A program made the translations under genes and the position numbers. The notes under the pieces are model-generated. The model was given only the letters and a program-made list of their open reading frames with translations, did no database searches and was not told where the DNA came from. Source: Clostridia bacterium (GTDB lineage: Bacteria > Bacillota > Clostridia > Oscillospirales > CAG-272). Taken from it: a stretch of 64,000 nucleotides of DNA. This document shows, piece by piece, positions 27,432 to 35,488 of the stretch. Position 1 is the first letter of the stretch. Every line of letters starts with the position of its first letter. The stretch is from contig JAFPWV010000061.1 in the NCBI GenBank assembly GCA_017412675.1, forward strand, positions 4,197-68,196, read 5' to 3'.

Positions 27432-28099
27432 CGAACGATGTGCCGACCTTCCGGGCGTTCGCGGTCTCGCGGCACCGGCTGATGTTCGACGGCGAAGGCG
27501 TGACGACCCTCGTCGGCGGGTACGGATGCCCGCTCGCCTGCCGGTGGTGCATCAACGGCGTCTGCACCGACCCGTCCTTCCGCCCGAAGATCTATACGGT
27601 TCCCTCGCTCTACGACACGTTGAAGATCGACAGCCTCTACTTCGAGGCGACGGGCGGGGGCGTGACCTTCGGCGGCGGCGAACCGCTCCTGCAGGCCCCG
27701 TTTCTCGCGGCGTTCATCCGGTACGCGAAGGAGATGGACGCCCCGTGGCGGTTCAATCTCGAGACCTCGCTCGCCGTGCCGCCCGCCCTCTTCGACGCGC
27801 TCATCCCCGAGGGGATCGCGGAGGCGGACTGCCCGATCGACGGATTCATCGTCGACGTCAAGGACATGGATCCCGCGATCTACGAGCGGTACACGAAGAG
27901 GCCGCAGGACGCGATGCGCCGGAATCTCAGCCGTCTCGCCGCGCTCTGTCCGGACCGCGTGACTGCGCGCGTGCCGCTCATCCCGGAGTACAACACGGAA
28001 GAGGACTGCGACCGCTCGGAGGCCGAACTCCGCGCGATTGGCTTTTCACACATCGACCGGTTCCGGTATGTGACGGAGCGTCCGTCCATGAAAAAATGA
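27428..28099 (+). CDS. radical SAM protein, PflA/NrdG-like activase family (small)
   Basis: 223 aa. CPLACRWC (Cx3Cx2C) near the N-terminus and the GGGEPLL SAM-binding motif. The GTG start lies inside a GTGA overlap with the upstream gene. Confidence 0.75.
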   Translation: MTNDVPTFRAFAVSRHRLMFDGEGVTTLVGGYGCPLACRWCINGVCTDPSFRPKIYTVPSLYDTLKIDSLYFEATGGGVTFGGGEPLLQAPFLAAFIRYAKEMDAPWRFNLETSLAVPPALFDALIPEGIAEADCPIDGFIVDVKDMDPAIYERYTKRPQDAMRRNLSRLAALCPDRVTARVPLIPEYNTEEDCDRSEAELRAIGFSHIDRFRYVTERPSMKK

Positions 28100-28160
28100 A
28101 CGGTCGTGCGGCTGTACACAGACACAGCTTCACGGCCGTTTTTCATTGGAAACCGGAGGT
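28100..28160 (+). repeat. dispersed hairpin repeat, copy A (also the rSAM gene terminator)
   Basis: ACGGTCGTGCGGCTGT-loop-ACAGCTTCACGGCCGT, then TTTTTCATTGGAAACCGGAGG. The inner stem and loop are inverted relative to copies B and D. Confidence 0.8.
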
Positions 28161-28233
28161 TTTCGCCCTCAACGGTTCCCTTTTCCCTCTTCGTTGTTCG
28201 TTTTCTCCATTCCGCCATCCGCAGGACGCTTGT

Positions 28234-29151
28234 TCAGTTGAACAGCCCCGGTTCGTCCGTCCACTCGATGAACGGCTCACCGTCCGGCGTGAATTGTATC
28301 TCGAGGACAACGTAGGTCGATTCAAAATACTTCGGTTCCCCGCCCATCCACCGGTCGCCGACGTACCAGGTTCGCCCACCGTCCCGGTACACGAACGCGC
28401 TCTGCGAGCCGAAGGTCGTCCTGTCGCCGAAATCCCGGAGCAGGCTCCACCGACCCGTCACGTAGTCCGCCGAGCACCACTTCCCCTGATTCGGCGCCCA
28501 GCCGGTGCAGTACGACGAGATCATGTACGTCCGCCCGCCGCGCTCGAACAGGGCCGGAGCCTCGCGGTACTCGTGATTGTAGATCGACTTCACCCACTCG
28601 TCGACGTTGAGATAGTCCTCCGTCAGGCGGTAGATGTGCAGATCCGCGTTGTCCCGCGACGCCGAGACGAAATAGGCGTCCCCCGCCCGATCGACGTGCA
28701 CGGTGCAGTCCCGCGACATCTCGCCGAAGGGATTGAACGAGCCGTGATAGACGAACCCCCTGTCCGGCTCCTCCGACGAGGCGATGCAGGCGCGGGCTTC
28801 GCGGTAGTCCTCGCCGTTCTCGTAGTGCGCCCAGAGGACGAATCTCTTCGTCTTTTCGTTGTAGAGGACCTTCGGGCGCTCGATGTTGACCTTGTGCCGC
28901 ACGCCGTCCCGCTCCCATGAGAGCTTCGGATCGAAGCGTCCCGAGGTCGGCCGGTACGGGGTGTCCGCCGAGAGAATGTGCCCGCGGAATTCCCAGTTTT
29001 TTAAGTCCGCAGAGCGGTAAACCGCAACATAGTGATTCTCCCGCCGGTCCTCGCCGTACCAGTAGGTATAGCCGTCATGATCCAGCATCCAGCCGCCGTG
29101 CGCGTGGATGGGATTGCCTTGCGTGTCGAGATAGGGCTCTCCGTTTCGCAT
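28234..29151 (-). CDS. glycoside hydrolase family 43 protein
   Basis: Start MRNGEPYL follows GGAGGAG. ERPKVLYNEKTKRFVLWAH and YREAPALFERGGRTYMISSYCTGWAPNQ are GH43-type blade motifs. Confidence 0.7.
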   Translation of the reverse strand: MRNGEPYLDTQGNPIHAHGGWMLDHDGYTYWYGEDRRENHYVAVYRSADLKNWEFRGHILSADTPYRPTSGRFDPKLSWERDGVRHKVNIERPKVLYNEKTKRFVLWAHYENGEDYREARACIASSEEPDRGFVYHGSFNPFGEMSRDCTVHVDRAGDAYFVSASRDNADLHIYRLTEDYLNVDEWVKSIYNHEYREAPALFERGGRTYMISSYCTGWAPNQGKWCSADYVTGRWSLLRDFGDRTTFGSQSAFVYRDGGRTWYVGDRWMGGEPKYFESTYVVLEIQFTPDGEPFIEWTDEPGLFN

Positions 29152-29305
29152 GTTTCGCTCCTCCGTCTGTATTTTCTCACCGCCCATTATAGCCGAAATC
29201 CGGCCCCCTGTCAAGCGGGAGGAGGCCGTCCGGCCGTCGATCTGCCGAAAAACCGTCCCTCCCTCAGCCCTTTGTTGGCAAAAGCGAAGAATTTCTCCCG
29301 GCCTC

Positions 29306-29334
29306 TTGACAACGGCGTCCGCGGGTGGTATAAT
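29306..29334 (+). promoter_or_regulatory. SigA-type promoter of the ylxM-ffh operon
   Basis: TTGACA, 17 nt, TATAAT (perfect consensus). Confidence 0.6.
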
Positions 29335-29366
29335 GTGTAAAGCAAATTACTTTACAGCATGGCGCG

Positions 29367-29729
29367 GTGATCGATATTTTTGTGAAAGACATGCGCTTCC
29401 CGCTTCTTCTTGACGCCTACGGCGCGCTTCTCACGGAGCGGAAGCGGGATCTGCTCGATTATTACTACAACGAGGACTATTCCCTCTCCGAGATCGCGGA
29501 GCTCACCGGACTCTCGCGTCAGGGCGTGCGGGACGGGATCAAGAAGGCCGAGGAGGAGCTGTACACCCTCGAGGAGACGCTCTCCCTCGTGTCGATGACC
29601 GAAGCCGTCGCCGAGATCGCCGAAGCCCTCGCCGCCCTCGCGGAGAAGACGACGGACGAAGACGCCGGCCGTGAGATCCGGGAAGCCGCCCGCCGCCTCG
29701 CCTCCCTCCGCCAGTCAGACCTCACGTAG
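29367..29729 (+). CDS. ylxM: YlxM/UPF0122 putative DNA-binding protein (start uncertain: GTG 29367, GTG 29382 or ATG 29391)
   Basis: LLLDAYGALLTERKRDLLDYYYNEDYSLSEIAE, a helix-turn-helix, and its position directly upstream of ffh. Confidence 0.8.
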   Translation: MIDIFVKDMRFPLLLDAYGALLTERKRDLLDYYYNEDYSLSEIAELTGLSRQGVRDGIKKAEEELYTLEETLSLVSMTEAVAEIAEALAALAEKTTDEDAGREIREAARRLASLRQSDLT

Positions 29730-29737
29730 GAGGAATC

Positions 29738-31081
29738 ATGTTCGACAGCTTATCCGAAAAGCTCAACAACGCCTTCCGCAAATTCCGCAACAAAGGCAAG
29801 CTGACCGAGGCGGACGTGCGCGAGGGGATGCGCGAAGTGAAGCTCGCCCTGCTCGAAGCGGACGTGAACTTCAAGGTCGTGCGCGACTTCGTCAAAACCG
29901 TCACCGAGCGCGCCATCGGCAGCGAAGTGATGGAAAGCCTCCTTCCCGGCCAGCAGATCATCAAGATCGTCCACGAAGAGCTGATCCGCCTCATGGGCGA
30001 GGCCAACAGCAAGCTCGTCATCAGCCCCAAGCCCCCGACCGTCGTACTGATGGTGGGTCTGCAGGGATCCGGCAAGACCACGCACGCCGCCAAGCTCGCC
30101 GGGATGTACAAGCGCCAGGGCAAGCGTCCCCTCCTCGTGGCCTGCGACGTCTACCGTCCCGCCGCCATCGACCAGCTCAAGGTCGTCGGCGCGCAGGTCG
30201 ACGTGCCGGTGTTCGAGATGGGACAGGGCAACCCCGTCGAGATCGCGAAGGCCGGGCTCGATCACGCCGCGCGTCACGGGCACGACATGGTGTTCATCGA
30301 CACCGCGGGCCGTCTCCAGGTCGACGAGGTCCTCATGCAGGAGCTCGAGGACATCAAGGCGGCGACGGATCCGACCGAGATCCTGCTCGTCATCGACGCG
30401 ATGATCGGCCAGGAATCCGTCAACGTGGCCTCGGCGTTCAATGAAAAGCTCGACATCACGGGCGTCATCCTCTCGAAGCTCGACGGCGACACGAGGGGCG
30501 GCGCGGCGCTCTCCGTCCGGTACGTCACCGGAAAGCCGATCAAGTTCGTCGGCGTGGGCGAGAAGCTCGACGCGATCGAACCCTTCTACCCGGACCGCAT
30601 GGCCTCCCGCATCCTCGGCATGGGCGACGTGCTCACCCTGATCGAGAAGGCCCAGCAGGCGATCGACGACAAGAAGGCGGCAGAGCTCGAAAAGAAGCTC
30701 CGGGAGAACACCTTCACCCTCTCGGATTACCTCGACCAGTTCCGGCAGATCAAGAGCATGGGCTCCCTCGACCAGCTCGCGGGCATGATCCCGGGGATGA
30801 AGCCGGGCGCGCTCAAGGACGCGAAGGTCGACGAAAAGGCCCTCGCGCACACCGAGGCGATCATCCTCGCGATGACGGTCTACGAGCGGGAGCACCCGGA
30901 CGTCATCAACGGCAGCAGACGGCGCCGCATCGCGGCCGGAAGCGGCACCACGGTCGAGGAGGTCAACCGCCTCATGAAGCAGTACGATCAGATGAACAAG
31001 ATGATCAAGCAGTTCACGTCCCAGATGTCCGGCAAGCGAGGCCGGATGAACAAGATGAAAATGCCGTTCCCGCTCGGCTGA
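29738..31081 (+). CDS. ffh: signal recognition particle protein Ffh
   Basis: 447 aa. NG domain with GLQGSGKTT, DTAGR and KLDGD motifs, plus a Met-rich M domain. Confidence 0.97.
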   Translation: MFDSLSEKLNNAFRKFRNKGKLTEADVREGMREVKLALLEADVNFKVVRDFVKTVTERAIGSEVMESLLPGQQIIKIVHEELIRLMGEANSKLVISPKPPTVVLMVGLQGSGKTTHAAKLAGMYKRQGKRPLLVACDVYRPAAIDQLKVVGAQVDVPVFEMGQGNPVEIAKAGLDHAARHGHDMVFIDTAGRLQVDEVLMQELEDIKAATDPTEILLVIDAMIGQESVNVASAFNEKLDITGVILSKLDGDTRGGAALSVRYVTGKPIKFVGVGEKLDAIEPFYPDRMASRILGMGDVLTLIEKAQQAIDDKKAAELEKKLRENTFTLSDYLDQFRQIKSMGSLDQLAGMIPGMKPGALKDAKVDEKALAHTEAIILAMTVYEREHPDVINGSRRRRIAAGSGTTVEEVNRLMKQYDQMNKMIKQFTSQMSGKRGRMNKMKMPFPLG

Positions 31082-31137
31082 GCGGCGTCGGATTTTTATA
31101 AAAACACATCAGAAAACAAAACATTTCGGAGGAAATC

Positions 31138-31383
31138 ATGGTTAAGATCAGACTCAGAAGAATGGGCGCGAAGAAGGCTCCCTTTTACCGCATCGTTGTG
31201 GCAGACTCCCGTTATCCCCGCGACGGCCGTTTCATTGAAGAAGTCGGCTACTACGATCCGATGAAGGAGCCCGTCGTCCTCAAGGTGGACGAAGACAAGG
31301 TCAAGGATTGGCTCTCCAAGGGCGCTCAGCCCACCGAGACCGTGAAGGCCCTGCTCGTGAAGAACGGTGTGATCGGGAAATAA
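31138..31383 (+). CDS. rpsP: 30S ribosomal protein S16
   Basis: [25 protein letters not shown] is the canonical S16 N-terminus. Confidence 0.97.
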   Translation: MVKIRLRRMGAKKAPFYRIVVADSRYPRDGRFIEEVGYYDPMKEPVVLKVDEDKVKDWLSKGAQPTETVKALLVKNGVIGK

Positions 31384-31652
31384 TGGATAACGGAAGCGCA
31401 CAGGTCAGCTATCGTGACATCGACATCGCCGCGGTCCTCGCCGACATGGCGCGCGCCATCGTGGACGAACCCGACGCAGTCTCGGTCACCGTCGAAGAAG
31501 CGGATGACGGCACGGTCTACACCCTCAAGGTCGCGGAAAACGACATGGGGATGATCATCGGAAAGCACGGCAAGATCGCCCGCGCGCTCCGCACCGTCGC
31601 CAAGGCAGCCGCCAAGATCGCGGACAAAAAGATCACGGTAGAGATCAAATAA
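31383..31652 (+). CDS. KH-domain RNA-binding protein (YlqC/UPF0109)
   Basis: ATG overlaps the rpsP stop (TAATG). GMIIGKHGKIARALRTV is the KH GxxG motif. Conserved position after rpsP. Confidence 0.85.
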   Translation: MDNGSAQVSYRDIDIAAVLADMARAIVDEPDAVSVTVEEADDGTVYTLKVAENDMGMIIGKHGKIARALRTVAKAAAKIADKKITVEIK

Positions 31653-31664
31653 TTCACGCGGGAA

Positions 31665-31712
31665 AAACCGCCGGACAATCTTCTCAAAAGGATCCGGCGG
31701 TTTCTGTTGTTC
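31665..31712. terminator. bidirectional intrinsic terminator
   Basis: 11-bp stem AAACCGCCGGA/TCCGGCGGTTT, A-rich before and T-rich after. It separates the convergent KH-protein and activase genes. Confidence 0.7.
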
Positions 31713-31716
31713 TTTT

Positions 31717-32553
31717 CTATTTTCTCACCCTTGCGCGGCGGAAGAGGGATGCCATGTCGGCGAGCGCGTCGGAGGTCTGCTTCCCAAGCGGGGGGAGGCC
31801 GAATTCCCGTCCGACGGAGGCGTATTTCGCGCCAGCCATCGCGTTGTAGGGTAAGAGCTCCACGGGCGAATCCCCCGCGAAATCGGCGATCGCCGCAAGG
31901 TTTTCGGGCGTGTCGGTGATGCCGGGGATGAGGGGCACGCGCAGCAGATACGGCTTGCCGCTCTCCATGAGCCAACGGAGATTCTCGAGGATCGTGCCGT
32001 TGTCCGCGCCGCAGAATTCCCGGTGCTGTGCCGCGTCGATGAACTTGACGTCCGCCATCACAAAAGCCATCGGCTCCACGGTCCGGCGGTAGACGTCCGG
32101 CGCGGCAAAGGAGGAGGTCTCGAGGGCCGAGGCGATCCCTCGTTCCCGGAGGAGTTCTGCCGTCTCCCGCACGAAATCCGCCTGCAAGAGCGGTTCCCCG
32201 CCGGAGAAGGTCGCCCCGCCGTCCTCCCCGAAGACGTCGGCATCCTGCGCGATCCGATCGGCCAGATCGGCGGACGTCCAGCGCTTCCCCGCGACGGAGA
32301 GGCATCCGTTCGGGCAGACGTGGAGGCAGCGTCCGAAGGGGCGGCATTCCGGGTGGGAGCACGGCTCGAAGCAGCGTCCGCAATGCGCGCAGCGGACGGT
32401 TTTGACACAGAGCTCGGGCTCCGGGGAGAGGCCTTCGGGATTGTGGCACCAGCGGCAGCGCAGCGGGCAGCCCTTGAGGAAGACGGTGGTGCGGATCCCC
32501 GGCCCGTCGTTTAGCGCGAAGCCCTTGATATCGAAGACCGTCCCGGATTCCAT
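31717..32553 (-). CDS. glycyl-radical enzyme activating protein (radical SAM with ferredoxin-like insert)
   Basis: 278 aa. CPLRCRWCHNPE (Cx3Cx2C), two extra Cys clusters (CAHCGRCFEPC, CLHVCPNGC) and GGEPLL. No GRE gene is adjacent. Confidence 0.85.
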   Translation of the reverse strand: MESGTVFDIKGFALNDGPGIRTTVFLKGCPLRCRWCHNPEGLSPEPELCVKTVRCAHCGRCFEPCSHPECRPFGRCLHVCPNGCLSVAGKRWTSADLADRIAQDADVFGEDGGATFSGGEPLLQADFVRETAELLRERGIASALETSSFAAPDVYRRTVEPMAFVMADVKFIDAAQHREFCGADNGTILENLRWLMESGKPYLLRVPLIPGITDTPENLAAIADFAGDSPVELLPYNAMAGAKYASVGREFGLPPLGKQTSDALADMASLFRRARVRK

Positions 32554-32675
32554 GCGTCCACCTCCGTTTCCCGCCTCGCGGGATTCCCGTTTGCCTCATT
32601 ATAGCAGATTTCGCGGAGGATGGCAAGAGTTCTGCGGGAACGAATAAAAAGTTCAGATTTCTTTCCGGAAACCTC

Positions 32676-32704
32676 TTGACAAACCCGAACCGGTGTGCTA
32701 TAAT
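32676..32704 (+). promoter_or_regulatory. SigA-type promoter of tRNA-Tyr
   Basis: TTGACA, 17 nt, TATAAT (perfect consensus), ~38 nt upstream of the tRNA 5' end. Confidence 0.6.
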
Positions 32705-32742
32705 AACCAAGCGTCCGGCGAGAGCCGATGCGAACCGAATAA

Positions 32743-32824
32743 GGGGGAATTCCCGAGTGGCCAAAGGGGACAGACTGTAAATCTGCTGGCACCGCCTTCG
32801 GTGGTTCGAATCCACCTTCCCCCA
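32743..32824 (+). tRNA. tRNA-Tyr (anticodon GTA at 32777-32779), type II with long variable arm, no encoded CCA
   Basis: Acceptor GGGGGAA/TTCCCCC, D-arm CCCGAGTGGCCAAAGGG, anticodon loop CTGTAAA, variable stem GGC/GCC, T-arm GGTGG-TTCGAAT-CCACC. Closely parallels E. coli tRNA-Tyr. Confidence 0.9.
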
Positions 32825-32828
32825 TCCA

Positions 32829-32967
32829 GAAAGAGAGACACCTTGCGTGTCTCTTTTTTCGTTGGCATCCGAGGGTGGATTCGAAGGGCGCGGGAGTGAA
32901 TGACAGCCCGGTGGGCTGCGCCGCGCCCTGGCCGACCGGAGTCGGCGAATCCACCTTCCCCCATCCA
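32829..32967 (+). repeat. tRNA-Tyr-tail tandem repeat, unit 1 (139 bp)
   Basis: Terminator hairpin plus a ~95-nt multi-helix segment. Ends with a 22/22 copy of tRNA positions 32807-32828 (CGAATCCACCTTCCCCCATCCA). Confidence 0.85.
32833..32859 (+). terminator. intrinsic terminator directly after tRNA-Tyr (first part of repeat unit 1)
   Basis: Stem GAGAGACAC/GTGTCTCTT, 5-nt loop, T-run. Confidence 0.7.
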
Positions 32968-33130
32968 ACGAAAGAGAGACACCTTGCGTGTCTTTTTTTT
33001 CGTTGGCATCCAAGGGTGGATTCGATGCCGCGGGAGTGAATGACAGCCCGGTGGGCTGCGCCGCGCCCCGGCCGATCCGCAGATCGGCGAATCCACCTTC
33101 CCCTCGAAAAGACACCGCGTGTCCGTTGTT
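32968..33130 (+). repeat. tRNA-Tyr-tail tandem repeat, unit 2 (142 bp plus degenerate hairpin)
   Basis: About 90% identical to unit 1 by eye. Ends with a 16-nt truncated tRNA-tail copy (33088-33103), then GACAC-CGC-GTGTC. Confidence 0.85.
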
Positions 33131-33213
33131 CCTTTCCGCGTTCGCATATTGCCCCCATAAACATGTCAAAAGAAACCGATCGATTCAAATCTCCTATACG
33201 ACGATATCGTGAC

Positions 33214-33741
33214 TCATCTCTCCCCCACCTCGATCCAGTACCGCTCGAGTTCGACGCCTTCGTCCGGCTCATACACCGTGGATTCATAGACGCCGCCGTT
33301 CTTGAGGATCGTTCTCCGGCTGCCCTCGTTGCCGCGGATGCAGGTGATCAGCACGCGGTCGAGCCCCAGTTCCCGGCACTTCGGGAGCACCGCCCCGAGC
33401 ATCCCGGCCGCGTAGCCCTTCCGCCGCTCGCTCGGCGCCACGGAATAGCCGATGTGACCGCCGTAGTTCGCCAGATACTCGTTGAGCGTATGCCGCACGT
33501 CGATCATCCCGACGATCTTGCCGTCCTCTTCCCGCACATAGAGATACTGCGTCGACGGGACGCGCCCCTCGGGAACCGCCGCGGGATCCCGGTGCAGATT
33601 CAGATAGTCGATCCATTCCCGCGGGTCCTCAAAGCGCCGGAGCCCGCCCGTGCCGTCCATCGAATCCCCGCAGTCGAGGAATTCCTGCCGGTAGGCGCGG
33701 ATCTCGCGTTCGTATGCCATGGTCGGTTCGATGAGCTTCAT
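33214..33741 (-). CDS. GNAT family N-acetyltransferase
   Basis: Start MKLIEPTMAYE follows GAGGAGGG. RRKGYAAGMLGAVL is the acetyl-CoA-binding motif A region. Confidence 0.75.
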   Translation of the reverse strand: MKLIEPTMAYEREIRAYRQEFLDCGDSMDGTGGLRRFEDPREWIDYLNLHRDPAAVPEGRVPSTQYLYVREEDGKIVGMIDVRHTLNEYLANYGGHIGYSVAPSERRKGYAAGMLGAVLPKCRELGLDRVLITCIRGNEGSRRTILKNGGVYESTVYEPDEGVELERYWIEVGER

Positions 33742-33842
33742 CCTGTGATCCCTCCTCAAGCATCATCTGTATCACGGATTATACACCAAAACGAGGAAAC
33801 TTGCAAGCCCCGGGCAGGATTCCACGAAAACCGGGCGCATTC

Positions 33843-33871
33843 TTGACAAAGCCGGAAAAGTGTGCTATACT
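33843..33871 (+). promoter_or_regulatory. SigA-type promoter
   Basis: TTGACA, 17 nt, TATACT. Confidence 0.55.
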
Positions 33872-33913
33872 GCTGACGGCAGAATTTACAATTCATACAA
33901 GAAGGTGATCGAA

Positions 33914-35422
33914 ATGAAAAAAACCGCAGCGAGACTTGCGGCGCTCCTCCTCGCGCTTTTGATGCTCGCTCTGACGGCGTGCTCCGAGAGCGGGACCAAC
34001 CCCGAGACGCCCGCAGCTCCCGACAGCGCCGCGGAAGCGAATCCCTCCGGCGGCGACGAAGCGACCGAGGCAGAAGAGCCCGAACGCCTGAAGCCGAACA
34101 TCCCCGAGACCGGCGATTACGGCGGAGACGAGATCTACTTCCTCGTCTGGGAGCATCCGGACTGGGCTTCGACCGTGCGCGAATACCGCGACATCTACGC
34201 GGAAGGTCTGACGGGCGAGGCGATCAACGACGCGGTGTACAACCGGAACGCGCTGATCGAATCGCGGTACAACGTGAAGATCGCGCAGGAGCGGATGCAC
34301 CTCTCGAACATCGACTCCGCGATCAACAAGGCCGTGACCTCCGGCGACACGACCTACGACGTGGTCTACCCGCGCCTGTATGAAGCGGCGGGCATGTACC
34401 AGAAGAACTACTTCCAGAACCTCATGAACGTCCCGCACCTCGACTTCGACATGCCGTGGTGGGATTCCAACTGCGTGAATTCCCTCTCCACAAACGGCAT
34501 CCTCCCCGCCGTCGCGACGTCGATCAACGTCAACGACAAGGACGCGACCGCAGCCGTGGCCTTCTCCAAGCCGGGCGCGGAGGACAACGGTCTCGAGGAT
34601 CTCTACACCGCCGTCCGCGAGGGCCGCTGGACCTTTGATCTCGTGGCGTCCCTGTCCGAGCAGTGCAACCGGGACCTGAACGGCGACGGCACCGTCACCT
34701 ACGACGACTACTACGGCTTCCTCGGCAAGAACGACGTGATGACCTCCTTCTGGCACGGCGGCGGCGGTCTGCTCTGCACGAAGGACGAAGAGGATCAGTT
34801 CACGTTCAGCTTCGGCACCGAATACGACCTCGACGTCGCGGTCAAGATCGTCAACATGATGCAGCAGCCGTGGTTCTTCAACCAGCATCTGCACGGCGAG
34901 ATCGACGACACGAAGTTCACCGAGCTATTCGAGACGGGTCACGGGCTCTTCTTCTGGATGCGCCTCGACGAAGTCACGAACATGCGCAACGGCGACACGG
35001 ATTTCGGCATCCTCCCGACCCCGAAGTACAGCGAGACGCAGGACAAGTATTTCAGTTTCGTCTCCCAGCACACCACGGGCCTCTTGTCCATCCCGCTGAC
35101 GATCGCGGGCGACGCGCTGGATGAGCTCGGCATCATCCTCGAAGCGCTCGCGGCGGAATCGCAGTACACCCTGATCCCCGAGTACATCGAATCCTCCCTG
35201 AAGACCAAGTACGCCCGCGACGAACAGAGCGCGGACATGCTCGACATCATCATCAACAACCGCGTCTTCGACCCGATGGAGATCTACAACTTCGGCGGCT
35301 TCGCGAGCACCTTCATGGGCTACGGGCCGAACAACACGACGGACATCGCGTCGAACGTGCAGAAGCAGTCCAAGATCGTCAACAAGTCGATCGAAAAGTT
35401 CCTCAAGGCGCTGAACGACTGA
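33914..35422 (+). CDS. extracellular solute-binding lipoprotein (paralogue of 909-2375), orphan
   Basis: MKKTAARLAALLLALLMLALTAC lipobox, an acidic linker and the shared MPWWDSNC region. Confidence 0.7.
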   Translation: MKKTAARLAALLLALLMLALTACSESGTNPETPAAPDSAAEANPSGGDEATEAEEPERLKPNIPETGDYGGDEIYFLVWEHPDWASTVREYRDIYAEGLTGEAINDAVYNRNALIESRYNVKIAQERMHLSNIDSAINKAVTSGDTTYDVVYPRLYEAAGMYQKNYFQNLMNVPHLDFDMPWWDSNCVNSLSTNGILPAVATSINVNDKDATAAVAFSKPGAEDNGLEDLYTAVREGRWTFDLVASLSEQCNRDLNGDGTVTYDDYYGFLGKNDVMTSFWHGGGGLLCTKDEEDQFTFSFGTEYDLDVAVKIVNMMQQPWFFNQHLHGEIDDTKFTELFETGHGLFFWMRLDEVTNMRNGDTDFGILPTPKYSETQDKYFSFVSQHTTGLLSIPLTIAGDALDELGIILEALAAESQYTLIPEYIESSLKTKYARDEQSADMLDIIINNRVFDPMEIYNFGGFASTFMGYGPNNTTDIASNVQKQSKIVNKSIEKFLKALND

Positions 35423-35488
35423 CGGGGCTGGGAAAGAGATCATCAGCAACCGTGCGGCAGCAGTCCGCAAATTGATTACAAAAAAATA

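Noticed and set aside
32829-33130. Possible CRISPR array or prophage att sites next to the tRNA.
   Set aside because: The units are contiguous ~140-bp tandem copies with no unique spacers, so this is not CRISPR. No integrase, excisionase or phage/ICE gene lies within several kb on either side, and only ~140 bp separates the tRNA-tail copies. A resident integrated element is therefore excluded, though ancient att scars cannot be fully ruled out.
31517-33287. Three overlapping minus-strand ORFs (550, 258 and 149 aa) with internally repeated peptides across the tRNA-Tyr region.
   Set aside because: They run antisense through tRNA-Tyr and the two 140-bp tandem units, and partly overlap the activase gene in another frame. 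The repeated peptides are simply the DNA repeat translated. There is no start context.
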